A DNA stretch of 64,000 nt, from sequence record NC_026927.1; one strand, 5' to 3'. Every line of letters starts with the position of its first letter. Within the stretch, counting starts at the first letter, position 1. The notes below the pieces were generated by a model. It was not told the DNA's origin and did no database searches. It saw only the letters and a list, made by a program, of their open reading frames with translations. This document shows, in pieces, positions 62,735 to 64,000 of the stretch. The translations under genes were made by a program, and so were the position numbers.

Positions 62735-63139
62735 ATGGCAGAAGTCACACGTATTTCTAGGGCATTTAAGGACATTAGTCTCTCGTTCAAACCTCATCCG
62801 GTTACGGGAGATATTTCTGTGCTCAAAAACGAGAGAGCGATCAACAAATCTGTACAGAATATCGTCGAAACCATTCCTGGTGAGAAGTTTTTCAATCCTA
62901 ACTTTGGTTCTGACGTTAGATCAATGCTTTTTGAGTTAGTTGACTTTGGTAGTTCCGCATTAATTGAGGATCAGATCCTAACTTCCATTAATAACTACGA
63001 ACCAAGAGTTAATAAAGTAAAAGTATCGGTAGATCCGAGACCTGATACTAATGAATTCGAGGTTACTGTTAATTATGAAATCATAGGACAACCATTTCCT
63101 TCCCAAACATTCACATTCATCTTAGAGGCAACTAGGTAA
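62735..63139 (+). CDS. gp25: Baseplate wedge subunit gp25
   Basis: FKDISLSFKPHP, NERAINKSVQNIV..PGEKFFNPNFGS, NYEPRV. Confidence 0.92.
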   Translation: MAEVTRISRAFKDISLSFKPHPVTGDISVLKNERAINKSVQNIVETIPGEKFFNPNFGSDVRSMLFELVDFGSSALIEDQILTSINNYEPRVNKVKVSVDPRPDTNEFEVTVNYEIIGQPFPSQTFTFILEATR

Positions 63140-64000
63140 TGGCATTTACTAAGTTCACTAACCTAGATTACGACCAGATTAAGGCGTCTATTAAGGATTA
63201 TCTAAGAGCAAACTCAGATTTCACTGGGTTTGACTTTGATGGTTCTAACTTTTCTGTGCTAATTGATACTTTAGCATACAACGCCTACATCAACTCAGTA
63301 AATGCCAACATGATTGTCAATGAATCCTTTTTGGATTCAGCAGTCGTTAGGAGAAACGTGGTTTCTCTTGCTGGAAATATCGGATATCTACCAAGATCAA
63401 AGAAAGCAGCACAAGCAAAGATTACACTTACTATTGCAACCGCCTCAGATACTCCTACGCTCACCCTGAAGGCGGGTTTGGTGTGTGTTGGGGCACAAGA
63501 TAACACAAACTATGTGTTCTCCATTCCAGAGGATATTACGACACTAGTAAATGATGGGGTTGCTCAGTTTGGAACTACTGAAGATCCCATTACTGTCTAC
63601 CAAGGAACATATTTACAGAACTCCTTTACCTATGATGGGTCCTTAGATCAGAGATTCATCATTACCAACTCCAATATGGACTACAGTACCCTTGTGGTGC
63701 GTGTTAAAGATCAAAATGAACAGACTCCTGGTAAAGTCTGGAACAGGGTAGAGAATATTATCAAGATCAATAGGGATAGTGAGATATATTTCTTAGCAGA
63801 AGTTGAAAAGGAGTACTATGAACTCCTATTTGGTGATGGAATCTTTGGTAAGAAGCTAAAACAGGGACAACAACCTGTTGCGAGTTACATTTTGACTGAT
63901 GGGTCATCAGGAAATGGACCTTCTAAGTTCAGTTATTCGGGTTCTGTGGTTAGTTCGACTGGTGGAGTGATAATCCCTACCAATACCATCGTTATAACCA
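63139..64000 (+). CDS. gp6: Baseplate wedge subunit gp6 (partial, runs off window)
   Basis: Hand-translated MAFTKFTNLDYDQIKASIKDYLRANSDFTGFDFDGSNFSVLIDTLAYNAYINSVNANMIVNESFLDSA. Confidence 0.93.
   Translation, partial: MAFTKFTNLDYDQIKASIKDYLRANSDFTGFDFDGSNFSVLIDTLAYNAYINSVNANMIVNESFLDSAVVRRNVVSLAGNIGYLPRSKKAAQAKITLTIATASDTPTLTLKAGLVCVGAQDNTNYVFSIPEDITTLVNDGVAQFGTTEDPITVYQGTYLQNSFTYDGSLDQRFIITNSNMDYSTLVVRVKDQNEQTPGKVWNRVENIIKINRDSEIYFLAEVEKEYYELLFGDGIFGKKLKQGQQPVASYILTDGSSGNGPSKFSYSGSVVSSTGGVIIPTNTIVIT

Noticed and set aside
1-64000. tRNA or rRNA genes
   Set aside because: No cloverleaf with T-loop/CCA recognised by eye; tRNAscan-SE would be needed to exclude fully

Overview
64-kb segment of a T4-like cyanomyovirus (probably Synechococcus-infecting) genome. 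1-27.2 kb: gp32, plastocyanin (petE), gp2/gp4, baseplate/tail module (gp54-like, gp48, gp53, gp26, gp51, two paralogous hub/tape-measure-like proteins, one carrying GH24 lysozyme and M23 peptidase domains, split gp5), a collagen-like fibre followed by a methyltransferase/glycosyltransferase/2OG-oxygenase triad, a 1955-aa tail fibre with an HxH needle tip and a second fibre-like protein. 27.2-59.2 kb: hyperplastic early region organised by 35 copies of an ~80-bp element (9-6-9 palindrome TGTGACAGT-N6-A[C/G]TGGCACA, sigma70-type -35/-10 with 17-bp spacer, leader/RBS, ATG), each heading one or a few mostly small ORFs; in 28 of 35 copies the upstream ORF stops inside, abutting or just beyond the palindrome, giving a gene-cassette architecture. 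Cargo includes a four-gene split restriction-modification-like module, a second SF2 helicase, a CP12-like protein, a deaminase, a ligase-fold protein, a zincin and many exported small proteins. 53.7-61.8 kb holds five free-standing homing-endonuclease-like genes and a repeat-rich intergenic origin candidate. The window ends in gp25 and the start of gp6. No tRNA, rRNA, CRISPR array, integrase or reverse transcriptase was seen. All assignments are by eye from motifs; no database searches were run.
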